Shown here: positions 9,287-18,374 of the stretch, in pieces | Layout of the letters: every line of letters starts with the position of its first letter | Position numbering within the stretch: position 1 is the stretch's first letter | Source of the DNA: Candidatus Firestoneibacteriota bacterium | GTDB lineage: Bacteria > Oederibacteriota > D2-FULL-39-29 > JBDRBU01 | Direction of reading: 5' to 3' | DNA: 61,259 nt | Assembly: GCA_043822305.1 (NCBI GenBank) | Contig: JBDRBU010000100.1 | Span: forward strand, 1 to 61,259 | Made by a program: the position numbers and the translations under genes | The notes under the pieces: model-generated | Seen by the model: the letters and a program-made list of their open reading frames with translations, nothing else | Told to the model about the DNA's origin: nothing | The model's database searches: none

Positions 9287-10540
9287 ATGGATAAAATAAT
9301 AATTGAAGGTGGGAAAAAGTTAAAAGGGAGTGTTTCAATATCAGGGTCTAAAAATGCAGCCTTACCCATTATTGCCTCTACATTGCTGGTAGATAAGGAA
9401 TGTGTTATAGACAATGTACCATTTTTAAAAGATGTTGGGGTGATGAATAAACTTATAAATATTTTAGGCGGAAAAGTTGAATTTAAAAAAAACAGATTGT
9501 ATGTTAATAACAAAAACATAAATAAGTTTAAAGCGCCATATGAGTTAGTAAAGACTATGAGAGCTGGAGTATATGTGATGGGAGCGCTTCTGGGGAGGTA
9601 TAAAAGATTTGAAGTAGCATTACCTGGCGGATGTGTTATAGGTGAAAGACCAATAAATCTTCATATTAATGGATTTAAAAAATTAGGGGCAAAGATAAGC
9701 GTAGAACATGGTTATGTAAAAGCAATCGCGAAGAAATTACATGGTGCTGAGATTTATTTGGATGTTGTCAGTGTAGGTGCCACTGTTAATATGATGATGG
9801 CCAGTGTTTTAGCCGAAGGAAGAACTGTTATAAAAAATGCTGCGCGCGAACCGCACATAATTGATCTGGGAAATTTTTTAAATAAAATTGGTGCAAGGAT
9901 AGGTGGGCTTGGAACAGGAGAAATAGTAGTTGAAGGTGTAAAAGAATTACATGGTGGAAGATATGAGATTGTTCCAGATTATATAGAAGCCGGTACCTTT
10001 ATGGTTGCCGCGGGTATAACGAATGGCCATATTACATTAAAGAATGCTCCAACCTGTCAATTGGGGGCTATTGAAGATAAGTTAAAAAAGGCTGGTTTGT
10101 TGATAGATAAAAGAGAAAATGAAATTACTATTTGTGGAGGTAATATTCCAAAACCGGTTGATATTGAAACACTTCCTTATCCTGGCTTTCCAACTGATAT
10201 GCAGGCCCAGTGGACGGCATTTATGAGTGTGAGTCATGGAACTAGTGTTATAAAAGAAACTATCTGGCCAAAAAGATTTATGCATGTGTTAGAACTAAAT
10301 AGAATGGGAGCAGATATTTCTATAAAGGGAAATACGGCCATTATTAAAGGTGTGAAAAATTTAAGTGGTGCTCAAGTGATGGTTTCTGATTTAAGAGCAG
10401 GTGCATCATTAATTTTAGCCGGATTAAGAGCAACCGGGAAAACAGAAATTTCAAGGGTTTATCATCTTGATAGAGGATATGAAAAAATAGAAGATAAATT
10501 AGAAAAACTTGGTGCCAGAATTAAAAGGGTGAAGGGTTAA
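9287..10540 (+). CDS. murA: UDP-N-acetylglucosamine 1-carboxyvinyltransferase
   Basis: 417 aa. N-terminus MDKIIIEGGKKLKGSVSISGSKNAALP is typical of MurA/EPSP-fold enzymes. Confidence 0.96.
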   Translation: MDKIIIEGGKKLKGSVSISGSKNAALPIIASTLLVDKECVIDNVPFLKDVGVMNKLINILGGKVEFKKNRLYVNNKNINKFKAPYELVKTMRAGVYVMGALLGRYKRFEVALPGGCVIGERPINLHINGFKKLGAKISVEHGYVKAIAKKLHGAEIYLDVVSVGATVNMMMASVLAEGRTVIKNAAREPHIIDLGNFLNKIGARIGGLGTGEIVVEGVKELHGGRYEIVPDYIEAGTFMVAAGITNGHITLKNAPTCQLGAIEDKLKKAGLLIDKRENEITICGGNIPKPVDIETLPYPGFPTDMQAQWTAFMSVSHGTSVIKETIWPKRFMHVLELNRMGADISIKGNTAIIKGVKNLSGAQVMVSDLRAGASLILAGLRATGKTEISRVYHLDRGYEKIEDKLEKLGARIKRVKG

Positions 10541-10545
10541 AATAT

Positions 10546-11820
10546 ATGAGAATAATAAAATCATGGAGTTCGGAAGGGAAAAAATGTTTAGATAAAATAT
10601 TAAATCAAGAGATTTGTGAAGACAGAAAAGTTTATGAAGGGACGAAAAAAATAATAAATGATGTAGTAAAAAATAAAGACAAAGCAGTTTTTAAATACTG
10701 CGAAATGTTTGATGGTGTTAAGACTAATAAACAAAATGTAAGAGTAAGTAGTCATGAGATAAAAATTGCGAGAACATTAGTCTCGAAAGATTTTTTAAAA
10801 GCATTAAGTGCTGCCAAACAGAATATTACAAAATTTCATGAGAAACAATTAAGAAAACAATATAGCGTAGGTTATCTTAAAGCAAAATATATTCCCATAG
10901 ATTCTGTTGGTATATATGTGCCGGGCGGGAAGGCAGTTTATCCATCTACATTACTGATGACGGGTATACCAGCTAAAATAGCAGGCGTTAAGAGAATTGT
11001 TATATGTACACCTTCACAAAAAGATTTAAGAGTTAATCCCAATGTATTGGTTTCAGCAGATTTAGTGGGTATTAATGAAATATATAAAATCGGTGGTGTT
11101 CAAGCCATCGCCGCCATGGCCTATGGCACAGAAACGGTTAAGCCCGTGGATAAGATTGTAGGACCTGGGAATATATATGTAACGATGGCTAAAAAAATAG
11201 TTTTTGGAAAAGTTGGTATAGAATCTTTAGCCGGACCGTCGGAGATTCTAATTATAGCCGATAAGTATGCAAATGCGGATTTTATAGCAGCCGACTTGCT
11301 TTCACAGGCAGAACACGATGAGAATGCAAGTTGTTTACTTGTAACGGATTCTTTAATTTTGGGATGTAAGGTTTTAAAAAGTGTAGATGAACAAAAAAAG
11401 TATTTAAGAAGAAAAAAAATCATTGGAAAATCCTTATTAAAAAGTTATATAATAGTAGTCAGAGATTTTGATGAAGCAGTTAGAATATGCAATATAAAGG
11501 CACCAGAACATTTGCAAGTAATGGTGAGGAAACCTTCTCTCATCGTAAGTAAAATAAGAAATGCGGGGAGTATATTCATAGGGGAATATTCACCCGTCGT
11601 AACGGGCGATTACATCGCCGGAGTTAATCATGTTTTACCTACTTTAAGGGGAGCAAGATTTAGTTCTTCTCTGGGTGTAGATGATTTTGTTAAAAGAGTA
11701 AATTATGTATATTATTCAAAAGATGCATTAAGTAATGTGTCCAAAGATATTTTAGAGTGGACAAAAGTTGAAGGGTTAGATGCACATGGTAAAAGTGTAA
11801 CGGTTAGGATTAAAAGATGA
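10546..11820 (+). CDS. hisD: histidinol dehydrogenase
   Basis: 424 aa. GIYVPGG.A.YPS and SQAEHDE motifs. Confidence 0.95.
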   Translation: MRIIKSWSSEGKKCLDKILNQEICEDRKVYEGTKKIINDVVKNKDKAVFKYCEMFDGVKTNKQNVRVSSHEIKIARTLVSKDFLKALSAAKQNITKFHEKQLRKQYSVGYLKAKYIPIDSVGIYVPGGKAVYPSTLLMTGIPAKIAGVKRIVICTPSQKDLRVNPNVLVSADLVGINEIYKIGGVQAIAAMAYGTETVKPVDKIVGPGNIYVTMAKKIVFGKVGIESLAGPSEILIIADKYANADFIAADLLSQAEHDENASCLLVTDSLILGCKVLKSVDEQKKYLRRKKIIGKSLLKSYIIVVRDFDEAVRICNIKAPEHLQVMVRKPSLIVSKIRNAGSIFIGEYSPVVTGDYIAGVNHVLPTLRGARFSSSLGVDDFVKRVNYVYYSKDALSNVSKDILEWTKVEGLDAHGKSVTVRIKR

Positions 11821-11853
11821 GTGGTATATGAATCAGGATTATCCTTATGCCCC

Positions 11854-11870
11854 ATAATCGTCGCTGTCCC
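11854..11870 (+). repeat. Repeat family K copy (ataatcgtcgctgtccc)
   Basis: 16/17 identical to 36056-36072. Shares the ctgtccc core with the RAYT inverted repeats. Abuts taatattgaca, as the RAYT left arm does. Confidence 0.55.
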
Positions 11871-11875
11871 TAATA

Positions 11876-11904
11876 TTGACAAACCATAAAAAATGATGTA
11901 TACT
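11876..11904 (+). promoter_or_regulatory. promoter of the hicB-like cassette
   Basis: TTGACA (11876-11881), 17 bp spacer, TATACT (11899-11904). Confidence 0.55.
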
Positions 11905-11945
11905 ACAAATAGTTAATGTTGTAATTATGCAAGGGGAGAAGAAAA

Positions 11946-12155
11946 ATGGGAAAAGAAATAATATTCATAGTCGAGGAATCTCAGGAAGGCGGATATGAGG
12001 CAAGGGCATTAGGATATTCGATATTTACAGAATCTGAAACGATGAATGAATTAAAAGAATCGGTTAAAGATGCCGTAAAATGTCATTTTGAAGAAGCAGA
12101 AACACCAGGTATTATCAGATTACACATGGTAAAAGACGAGGTATTGACAGCGTGA
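11946..12155 (+). CDS. hicB: HicB-like antitoxin (HicB_lk_antitox type)
   Basis: 69 aa. Pattern IIFIVEESQEGGYEARALGYSIFTESETMNELKESVKDAVKCHFEE...P..IRLH is typical of this antitoxin family. Own promoter and RBS. Confidence 0.7.
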   Translation: MGKEIIFIVEESQEGGYEARALGYSIFTESETMNELKESVKDAVKCHFEEAETPGIIRLHMVKDEVLTA

Positions 12156-12284
12156 AGATTCCAAGGGATTTGAGCGCTGATGAACTGATAAAGATTCTTT
12201 GGAACTCTGAATGGTGTTTTGTCTGATATAGCGGTTCATCTTGAAAAAGAAAAACAAGTTTTAATAAAAGAATTATTTGAATAA
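12152..12284 (+). pseudogene. HicA/YcfA-type toxin remnant (internal deletion plus frameshift)
   Basis: The GTG overlapping the hicB stop gives VKIPRDLSADELIKIL, then a stop. The next frame gives GTLNGVLSDIAVHLEKEKQVLIKELFE*. Only the N- and C-terminal ends of a HicA-like toxin remain. Confidence 0.65.
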
Positions 12285-12449
12285 GGGTATTGGTGGTGTC
12301 AAAAGTAATATGAAAGAATTTTTCATAAATACTAATAAATAAAGGCTAAATCTCTTCCATGAGTGGGGAGGGAGCATAGAAAGGGTAAATCTGGAAATAA
12401 TCTAAGCAAAGTAAGAGGTCAATGGTAGTTATTGGTAATCGCATTATTG

Positions 12450-12472
12450 GTAGTCGCAGTCTTTAGCCTGCG
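12450..12472 (-). repeat. REP family A copy, inverted
   Basis: gtagtcgcagtctttagcctgcg is the reverse complement of family A with 1 mismatch. Pairs with 12624-12646. Confidence 0.75.
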
Positions 12473-12623
12473 TTAGTTTTTGTTGTAAACATTGAAATAT
12501 CCATGTATGAAATCAAAGAGAAAAAGCACTGATTATCATTAGATAATTACAGATGAAAAATTTAACAAAGCATATAGCATATATTTTGGAGAACCCGGTG
12601 AGGGAAGGATTGGTAGTAAATAC

Positions 12624-12646
12624 CGCAGGCTAAAGCCTGCGACTAC
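12624..12646 (+). repeat. REP family A copy
   Basis: cgcaggctaaagcctgcgactac, identical to 642-664. Confidence 0.8.
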
Positions 12647-12742
12647 CAAAAAACACTACCAGAAAACATTACCAAAAAACATTATAGAAACATTAATATG
12701 TCAAACTTTTTGACAATACCAAGGTATTTTAGAGGAGAAAAT

Positions 12743-13330
12743 ATGAAAAAAAATAGAAAAATTAAAAACAAAAGAATAACCAAAGAGACAAATGTCTCCA
12801 TAAATCTTAATTTAGATGGTAGGGGTACTTACAAAATAAAAACAGGGATAGATTTTTTTGACCATATACTTTCGCAGGTTGCAAAGCATGGAGCATTGGA
12901 TTTAGAGATTAAAGCCAAAGGTGATAAAATGCCTGATTTACATCATATGGTTGAAGATGTTGGGATAGTATTTGGAGAATCACTTAAAAAAGCATTATCT
13001 AATAAAACAGGCATAAAAAGATTCGGATTTGCGTCAGCTACCATGGATGAATCTTTGGTTAATGTCTCTCTTGATCTTAGTGGAAGATCATATTTGGTAT
13101 TTGATTTACCATTGAACAAGAAAAAAGTAGGGAATTTTGATGAGGATTTAATAGAAGAATTTTTTAGAGCATTTGTGAATAGTTCATCTATAACATTACA
13201 TATACATAAAGTATGTGGAAAAAACCCACATCATTTGATAGAATCAACATTTAAATCATTTGGAGTAGCATTGAAAGATGCTGTCATGATAATTAATAAA
13301 AAAATCCCTTCAACAAAAGGTAGTTTATGA
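12743..13330 (+). CDS. hisB: imidazoleglycerol-phosphate dehydratase
   Basis: IGPD motifs D.HH..E (DLHHMVEDVG) and a second HH. Start moved to the ATG at 12743, preceded by AGAGGAG. The tracked ORF opens at 12698. Confidence 0.9.
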   Translation: MKKNRKIKNKRITKETNVSINLNLDGRGTYKIKTGIDFFDHILSQVAKHGALDLEIKAKGDKMPDLHHMVEDVGIVFGESLKKALSNKTGIKRFGFASATMDESLVNVSLDLSGRSYLVFDLPLNKKKVGNFDEDLIEEFFRAFVNSSSITLHIHKVCGKNPHHLIESTFKSFGVALKDAVMIINKKIPSTKGSL

Positions 13331-13519
13331 AAAAATTAAAAATATATCTTGATACTTCTGTGATAAATTTTTTGTTTGCTGATGATGCGTCAGAAAAAAG
13401 AGATATTACTAATTGTTAAACTGAAAACAAAATGGGGGGTTAATAATATCAATAAGATAGAAGGATATAATGAAATTGAACTTATAAGTCCTGAGGAGGC
13501 GATTGAAAATGAAGATTGA
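13327..13519 (+). pseudogene. PIN-domain (VapC-like) toxin remnant
   Basis: N-terminal MKKLKIYLDTSVINFLFADD.. stops at 13417-13419. Another frame gives ..KWGVNNINKIEGYNEIELISPEEAIENED*, which resembles the C-terminus of the same family. About 100 central codons are missing. Confidence 0.6.
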
Positions 13520-13679
13520 AGAACCAAAAGCAATGGCAGAAATACACGAAATTAGGAAGAATATTTATGAGGAAACAAAAAATATGACCGCCAGAGAAAA
13601 ATTGGAATGGGTTCATAAAGAATCTGAAAAGGCTAAGAATAAATATGGAATCCGGTTGTCAGAAATGGGCAAATATTAA
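13509..13679 (+). CDS. small intact ORF partnered with the PIN remnant (56 aa)
   Basis: MKIEEPKAMAEIHEIRKNIYEETKNMTAREKLEWVHKESEKAKNKYGIRLSEMGKY. GAGGAGG RBS upstream. Overlaps the PIN remnant stop. Below the 60-aa ORF-track cutoff. Confidence 0.45.
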   Translation: MKIEEPKAMAEIHEIRKNIYEETKNMTAREKLEWVHKESEKAKNKYGIRLSEMGKY

Positions 13680-13737
13680 CATTCCAGCGGGGTTATATAA
13701 AAAAATAGTAGTTTTTCTGTTCAACAAAAGGAAGTTT

Positions 13738-14367
13738 ATGAAAAATGACTTTATGGCTATAGTTGATTATGGTCTGGGAAATTTAATGAGTGTCAGTAAA
13801 GCATTTGCAAGGTTTTATAAAAATGTGCATATTACCAGCAGTAAGAAAAAAATTTTAGAGGCAAAAGCAATAGTTCTGCCTGGTGTAGGATCTTTTAGAG
13901 ATGCTATTAGAAATATTGAGAAGTTAGGGTTAATAAAGCCAATTATTTCCTCAATAAATTCGGGTAAACCTTTTTTTGGAATATGTCTGGGTTTACAACT
14001 TCTTTTTAGTCAAAGTGAAGAAAATGGCACATCATATGGTTTAAATATAATAAAAGGAGTGGTAAGAAAATTTCCAGCAAAGATTAATTTAAAGATTCCG
14101 CATATTGGCTGGAATAGAATAAATATGAAAAAGTCAAATTCTCTTTTTAATAACATTCCTAACGGTTCATATGTGTATTTTGTTCATTCGTATTATGGGG
14201 ACCCAGATATAAAAGATTTGGTAGCATCGGATACATTATATGGAATTAGATTTCCATCCACTCTAATTAAAGACAATATTTTTGCCATGCAGTTTCATCC
14301 AGAGAAAAGCCAAAAGGTAGGATTGACTATTATAAAAAATTTCTTGAATATAATAAATAAATGCTAA
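13738..14367 (+). CDS. hisH: imidazole glycerol phosphate synthase, glutaminase subunit
   Basis: GICLGLQLL (catalytic Cys), HSY, QFHPEKS. Start set at the ATG at 13738 after AAGGAAG. The tracked ORF opens at 13645. Confidence 0.92.
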   Translation: MKNDFMAIVDYGLGNLMSVSKAFARFYKNVHITSSKKKILEAKAIVLPGVGSFRDAIRNIEKLGLIKPIISSINSGKPFFGICLGLQLLFSQSEENGTSYGLNIIKGVVRKFPAKINLKIPHIGWNRINMKKSNSLFNNIPNGSYVYFVHSYYGDPDIKDLVASDTLYGIRFPSTLIKDNIFAMQFHPEKSQKVGLTIIKNFLNIINKC

Positions 14368-15149
14368 TAATCCCTGCAATCGACATAAGAAAAAGAAGAT
14401 GCATAAGATTAGCCCAAGGTAATTTAAGAGATGAGACTGTTTTTTCTGAACAGCCAATTTCTGTTGCAAAGCTATGGCAGTTGAAAGGAGCAAAATGGAT
14501 TCATATTGTTGATATAGACGGAGCCATAACAGGAATTCCTAAAAATTTAGATATAGTATTTAAAATTGTTAAAACTTTAAAGATTCCGGTGCAATTTGGT
14601 GGGGGAGTTAGAGATTTGGATATTTTAGATAAAATATTAGATGGTGGAGTAGAAAGAGTTGTTCTCAGTACCTCAGTAGTTTCATCTTTAGATTTTCTAA
14701 AAGAAGCATATGGAAAGTATAAAAACAAAATCATAGTAGGAATAGATTCAAGGAAAGGTATGGTGGCCATAAAAGGCTGGAAAGAAACGACAAATAAAAA
14801 GGCATTAACTTTAGCAAAAGAAGTAGAAGATATAGGCATAAAGACTGTAATGTTTACTGATATTGAAAAAGATGGAATGCTTTCTGGTCCGAATTTTAAA
14901 AGTATAAAAGAAATCGCAAAGTCAGTAAACATTGGAGTTATTGCTGCCGGTGGAATTTCAACCATGGCCGATGTTGAAAATCTCCTGGCCATGGAAAAAT
15001 ACGGTGTTACTGGAATGATTATTGGAAAAGCTTTATATACAGGGAAGTTAGAACTTGAAAAGGTGATTAAATTAGCAAAAGATTACTCACCGGAAAATAG
15101 AAGATTAAAGAAGAAGAGAAAGAAATCAAAGAGAAAGAAATCAAAGTGA
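14361..15149 (+). CDS. hisA: ProFAR isomerase with a Lys/Arg-rich C-terminal tail
   Basis: [15 protein letters not shown].. N-terminus and (beta/alpha)8 motifs. The tail ..[16 protein letters not shown] is made by a 15-nt tandem duplication. Confidence 0.93.
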   Translation: MLIIPAIDIRKRRCIRLAQGNLRDETVFSEQPISVAKLWQLKGAKWIHIVDIDGAITGIPKNLDIVFKIVKTLKIPVQFGGGVRDLDILDKILDGGVERVVLSTSVVSSLDFLKEAYGKYKNKIIVGIDSRKGMVAIKGWKETTNKKALTLAKEVEDIGIKTVMFTDIEKDGMLSGPNFKSIKEIAKSVNIGVIAAGGISTMADVENLLAMEKYGVTGMIIGKALYTGKLELEKVIKLAKDYSPENRRLKKKRKKSKRKKSK

Positions 15150-15922
15150 AGAAAAAAACAAGTTTTTTAGCAAAAAGGATTATTCCGTGTCTTGATGTTA
15201 AAGATGGAATGGTTGTTAAAGGTATTAAGTTTTTAAACTTAAGAAAAGCAGGAAATCCTGTTAAGGCTGCTTATATTTACGACAAACAAGGTGCAGATGA
15301 ATTGGTCTTTCTTGATATTACCGCTTCTCATGAGGAAAGAAACATAATTATTAATGTAGTTAAAAAGACTGCAGAAAAATTATTTATTCCCTTAACTGTT
15401 GGTGGTGGGATTAGAAATTTAAAAGATATTAGAGATTTGCTTAAGGCTGGTGCCGATAAAATATCAATTAATACAGCAGCCGTAAAAAATCCGGATTTGA
15501 TAAAAAGAGCATCAAAATTATTTGGTAGTCAATGTATAGTTGTGGCTTTAGATGCTAAAAGAATTAGTAAAAGGAAATGGGAAGTTTACATCAATGGAGG
15601 CAGGACAAGAACAGGAATTGATGCCGTTAAATGGGCTAATAAGGTTGAAAGACTTGGTGCCGGAGAAATTTTGCTTACAAGTATGGATGCGGACGGTACT
15701 AAGTCGGGTTATGATCTTGAATTAACAAGATCTATTTCTGATGCGTCTCATATTCCAGTTATAGCCTCAGGTGGTGCAGGGAGTTTAAGACATCTTTACG
15801 ATGTGTTAACCAAGGGTAAAGCAGATGCTGTTTTAGCGGCATCTATCTTCCATTATAAAAAATATTCTATTAAAAAAGTTAAAAATTATTTAAAAAAGAG
15901 AGGAATAGTCGTCAGAATATGA
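15146..15922 (+). CDS. hisF: imidazole glycerol phosphate synthase, cyclase subunit
   Basis: [28 protein letters not shown] motifs. The GTG start overlaps the hisA stop. Confidence 0.95.
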   Translation: MKKKTSFLAKRIIPCLDVKDGMVVKGIKFLNLRKAGNPVKAAYIYDKQGADELVFLDITASHEERNIIINVVKKTAEKLFIPLTVGGGIRNLKDIRDLLKAGADKISINTAAVKNPDLIKRASKLFGSQCIVVALDAKRISKRKWEVYINGGRTRTGIDAVKWANKVERLGAGEILLTSMDADGTKSGYDLELTRSISDASHIPVIASGGAGSLRHLYDVLTKGKADAVLAASIFHYKKYSIKKVKNYLKKRGIVVRI

Positions 15923-16293
15923 TTAAAATAAAATTTGATAAAAATGGGCTTATCTCGGTTATTATTCAAGATTACAAAAATAAAGATGTTCTAATGCTGG
16001 CTTATATGAATAAGAAGGCATTTGATTTAACATTAAAAACAAGGAAAGTTCATTTTTACAGTCGTCGTAGAAAGAAAATATGGCTTAAGGGAGAGATCTC
16101 AAAACATTTTCAGGTTGTGAAGGGTATATATTTTGATTGTGATGCTGATGCTATTTTAATTATGGTGAGACAAGAGGGAGAAGCTGCATGTCACACTGGT
16201 TATAGAAGTTGTTTTTATAGAAAGATTGGAAATAATAAAAAAATAGTAATTATCGTCCAAAAAGTTTTTAACCCCAGAGAGGTTTATAAGTGA
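15919..16293 (+). CDS. hisI: phosphoribosyl-AMP cyclohydrolase (monofunctional)
   Basis: 124 aa. DCD.DA.L..V.Q.G.ACHTG.RSCF motif. No HisE domain. Confidence 0.9.
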   Translation: MIKIKFDKNGLISVIIQDYKNKDVLMLAYMNKKAFDLTLKTRKVHFYSRRRKKIWLKGEISKHFQVVKGIYFDCDADAILIMVRQEGEAACHTGYRSCFYRKIGNNKKIVIIVQKVFNPREVYK

Positions 16294-16841
16294 ACATACG
16301 GCCATCTTTTCAAGAGTTTAAAAAATATTCAAACCGTAATAATCTAATCCCTGTTTATACTGAAATATTTGCTGATATGGAAACACCAGTTTCAGCATAT
16401 AAAAAATTAGAAGATGAATTTTCTTTTTTATTAGAGAGTGTTGAAGGTGGTGAGAGGATTGCCAGATATTCTTTTCTGGGAACAAAGCCCTCGTTTTTAT
16501 TTAAAGCAAAAGGAAAAAAAGTAGAAATTATAAAAGATGGCTTGATAGAGAATTATATTTCAAAAGATAACCCTCTTGAAGTTTTAAAAGATGTGATGCG
16601 AAGATATAAAACTGTTAAATTAAGTGGATTGCCCCCATTTATTGGCGGTGCCGTTGGTTATATGAGTTATGATCTGGTAAGATTTTTTGAAAAGTTACCC
16701 TCAAAAAATAAGGACGATTTAAACATTCCGGATATTTTTTTATTATTTACAGATACAATACTAATATTTGACCATGTTAAACATACTATTAAAATTATTT
16801 CGAATGTGAGTGTTCAAAAGGATATAAAAAAAAAGTTATGA
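16290..16841 (+). CDS. trpE: anthranilate synthase component I, N-terminal fragment (frameshifted)
   Basis: [15 protein letters not shown] motif. The ORF stops just after an A9 run (16826-16834). The GTG start overlaps the hisI stop. Confidence 0.9.
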   Translation: MNIRPSFQEFKKYSNRNNLIPVYTEIFADMETPVSAYKKLEDEFSFLLESVEGGERIARYSFLGTKPSFLFKAKGKKVEIIKDGLIENYISKDNPLEVLKDVMRRYKTVKLSGLPPFIGGAVGYMSYDLVRFFEKLPSKNKDDLNIPDIFLLFTDTILIFDHVKHTIKIISNVSVQKDIKKKL

Positions 16842-16866
16842 AAATGCAATAAGAAAAATAAAAGAA

Positions 16867-17766
16867 GTGGTGACTAAACTAAAAAAACCGGTGAACCTAA
16901 TTAGAGAATTTTCCGAAGACAAATATCCTGTAAAATTAAAATCAAATCTTACTAAATCTGATTTTAAAAAAATGGTATTAAACGCAAAAGAATACATAAA
17001 GGCGGGTGATATTATACAAACCGTTCTATCACAGAGATTGTCATTAAAGTCAAATCTTGATGCTTTTAATATCTATCGTGCTTTAAGGGTTGTAAATCCC
17101 TCTCCTTATATGTATTATCTGAAATTCGGGGATTTAAAAATCATAGGAGCATCCCCCGAGTTATTTGTAAGAGTTGAGGATGATCTGGCCACAATTAGAC
17201 CAATTGCCGGGACCAGAAAAAGGGGTAAAGATCAAAATGAAGATGAAAAATTAGCGAAAGATTTGTTGAATGACCCAAAGGAAAGGGCAGAACATATAAT
17301 GTTAGTTGATTTAGCCAGAAATGATTTAGGCCGGGTTTGTAAATTCGGAACAGTAACGGTTAATGAATTAATGGCCATAGAAAAGTATTCACATGTTATG
17401 CATATCGTCTCAGATGTTTCAGGAAAACTTTTAAACGGAGTAGATATTTTCGATGTGATCAGGGCATCTTTTCCAGCAGGAACAGTTAGTGGTGCTCCTA
17501 AAATAAGAGCCATGGAAATTATTGAAGAATTAGAGAATGTTAGAAGAGGACCATATGCAGGGCTAATTGGATATTTTAGTTTTTCGGGTAATTTGGATTC
17601 TTGTATAACTATAAGGACAATTATTGCCAATAAAAATAATATATATATTCAAGCCGGTGCCGGTATAGTTGCAGACTCTAAACCAGAGAAGGAATATTAT
17701 GAAACTTTAAACAAAGCAAAAGCATTAATATCCGCTATAGAATTGGCCAAGAGAGGTTTTAAATGA
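16867..17766 (+). CDS. trpE: anthranilate synthase component I, C-terminal fragment
   Basis: Chorismate-binding domain ([27 protein letters not shown]). This frame is open back to 16828 and reads ..[12 protein letters not shown].., continuing the N-terminal fragment after a 1-nt shift. Confidence 0.9.
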   Translation: MVTKLKKPVNLIREFSEDKYPVKLKSNLTKSDFKKMVLNAKEYIKAGDIIQTVLSQRLSLKSNLDAFNIYRALRVVNPSPYMYYLKFGDLKIIGASPELFVRVEDDLATIRPIAGTRKRGKDQNEDEKLAKDLLNDPKERAEHIMLVDLARNDLGRVCKFGTVTVNELMAIEKYSHVMHIVSDVSGKLLNGVDIFDVIRASFPAGTVSGAPKIRAMEIIEELENVRRGPYAGLIGYFSFSGNLDSCITIRTIIANKNNIYIQAGAGIVADSKPEKEYYETLNKAKALISAIELAKRGFK

Positions 17767-18320
17767 TACTTGTTATAGATAATTATGATTCTTTTACATA
17801 TAATTTAGTTCAGTATCTGGGTGAATTGGGCGAGAAATTATGTGTGTTTAGAAATGATAGAATAACACCGAATGAGATTAAAAAGTTAAAACCCGATAAA
17901 ATAGTTATATCGCCTGGTCCCAAAACCCCAAAAGAAGCAGGAATTTCTAATGATATTATTTCTGAATTTGCAGGAAAAATTCCAATACTAGGAGTTTGTT
18001 TGGGACATCAGTGCCTAGGCTATGTTTTTGGAGGCAGGGTAGTTAGAGCAAAGAAACTTATGCATGGTAAGACTTCTATGATTTATCATGATGGTAAAAC
18101 AATCTTCACAAATTTGCCAAATCCATTTTCTGCAACAAGATATCATTCATTAATAGTTGAGAAAAAATCATTACCTTCTATTTTGGAAATCAGTGCCTGG
18201 ACGAAAGAAGGCGAGATAATGGGGCTAAGACATAAAAAATTTAAAGTAGAAGGAGTTCAATTCCACCCAGAATCAATTTTAACAAAAGTTGGAAAGGATT
18301 TATTGAAAAATTTTTTGTAA
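17763..18320 (+). CDS. trpG: anthranilate synthase component II (glutamine amidotransferase)
   Basis: 185 aa. GVCLGHQ catalytic Cys, QFHPES. Confidence 0.95.
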   Translation: MILVIDNYDSFTYNLVQYLGELGEKLCVFRNDRITPNEIKKLKPDKIVISPGPKTPKEAGISNDIISEFAGKIPILGVCLGHQCLGYVFGGRVVRAKKLMHGKTSMIYHDGKTIFTNLPNPFSATRYHSLIVEKKSLPSILEISAWTKEGEIMGLRHKKFKVEGVQFHPESILTKVGKDLLKNFL

Positions 18321-18342
18321 AAAAGGGGTCAGAGTTAGTAAA

Positions 18343-18363
18343 TTCTTACTGAAGACCGTTAGG
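18343..18363 (+). repeat. Repeat family L copy
   Basis: ttcttactgaagaccgttagg versus tccttactgaataccgttatgg at 27921-27942. Preceded by ggggtcagag, which matches the family C 5' half. Confidence 0.55.
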
Positions 18364-18374
18364 AGAGCATAATA

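Noticed and set aside
12698-12742. Upstream extensions of tracked ORFs: hisB from 12698, hisH from 13645, phoH from 41475, radical SAM from 47489, GNAT from 33175, trpA from 25417, EF-Tu-D2-like from 42949, HD-GYP2 from 49643
   Set aside because: The extensions have no RBS, overlap upstream genes or repeats, and add residues absent from the conserved N-termini of the families. Internal starts with good SD sequences were preferred.
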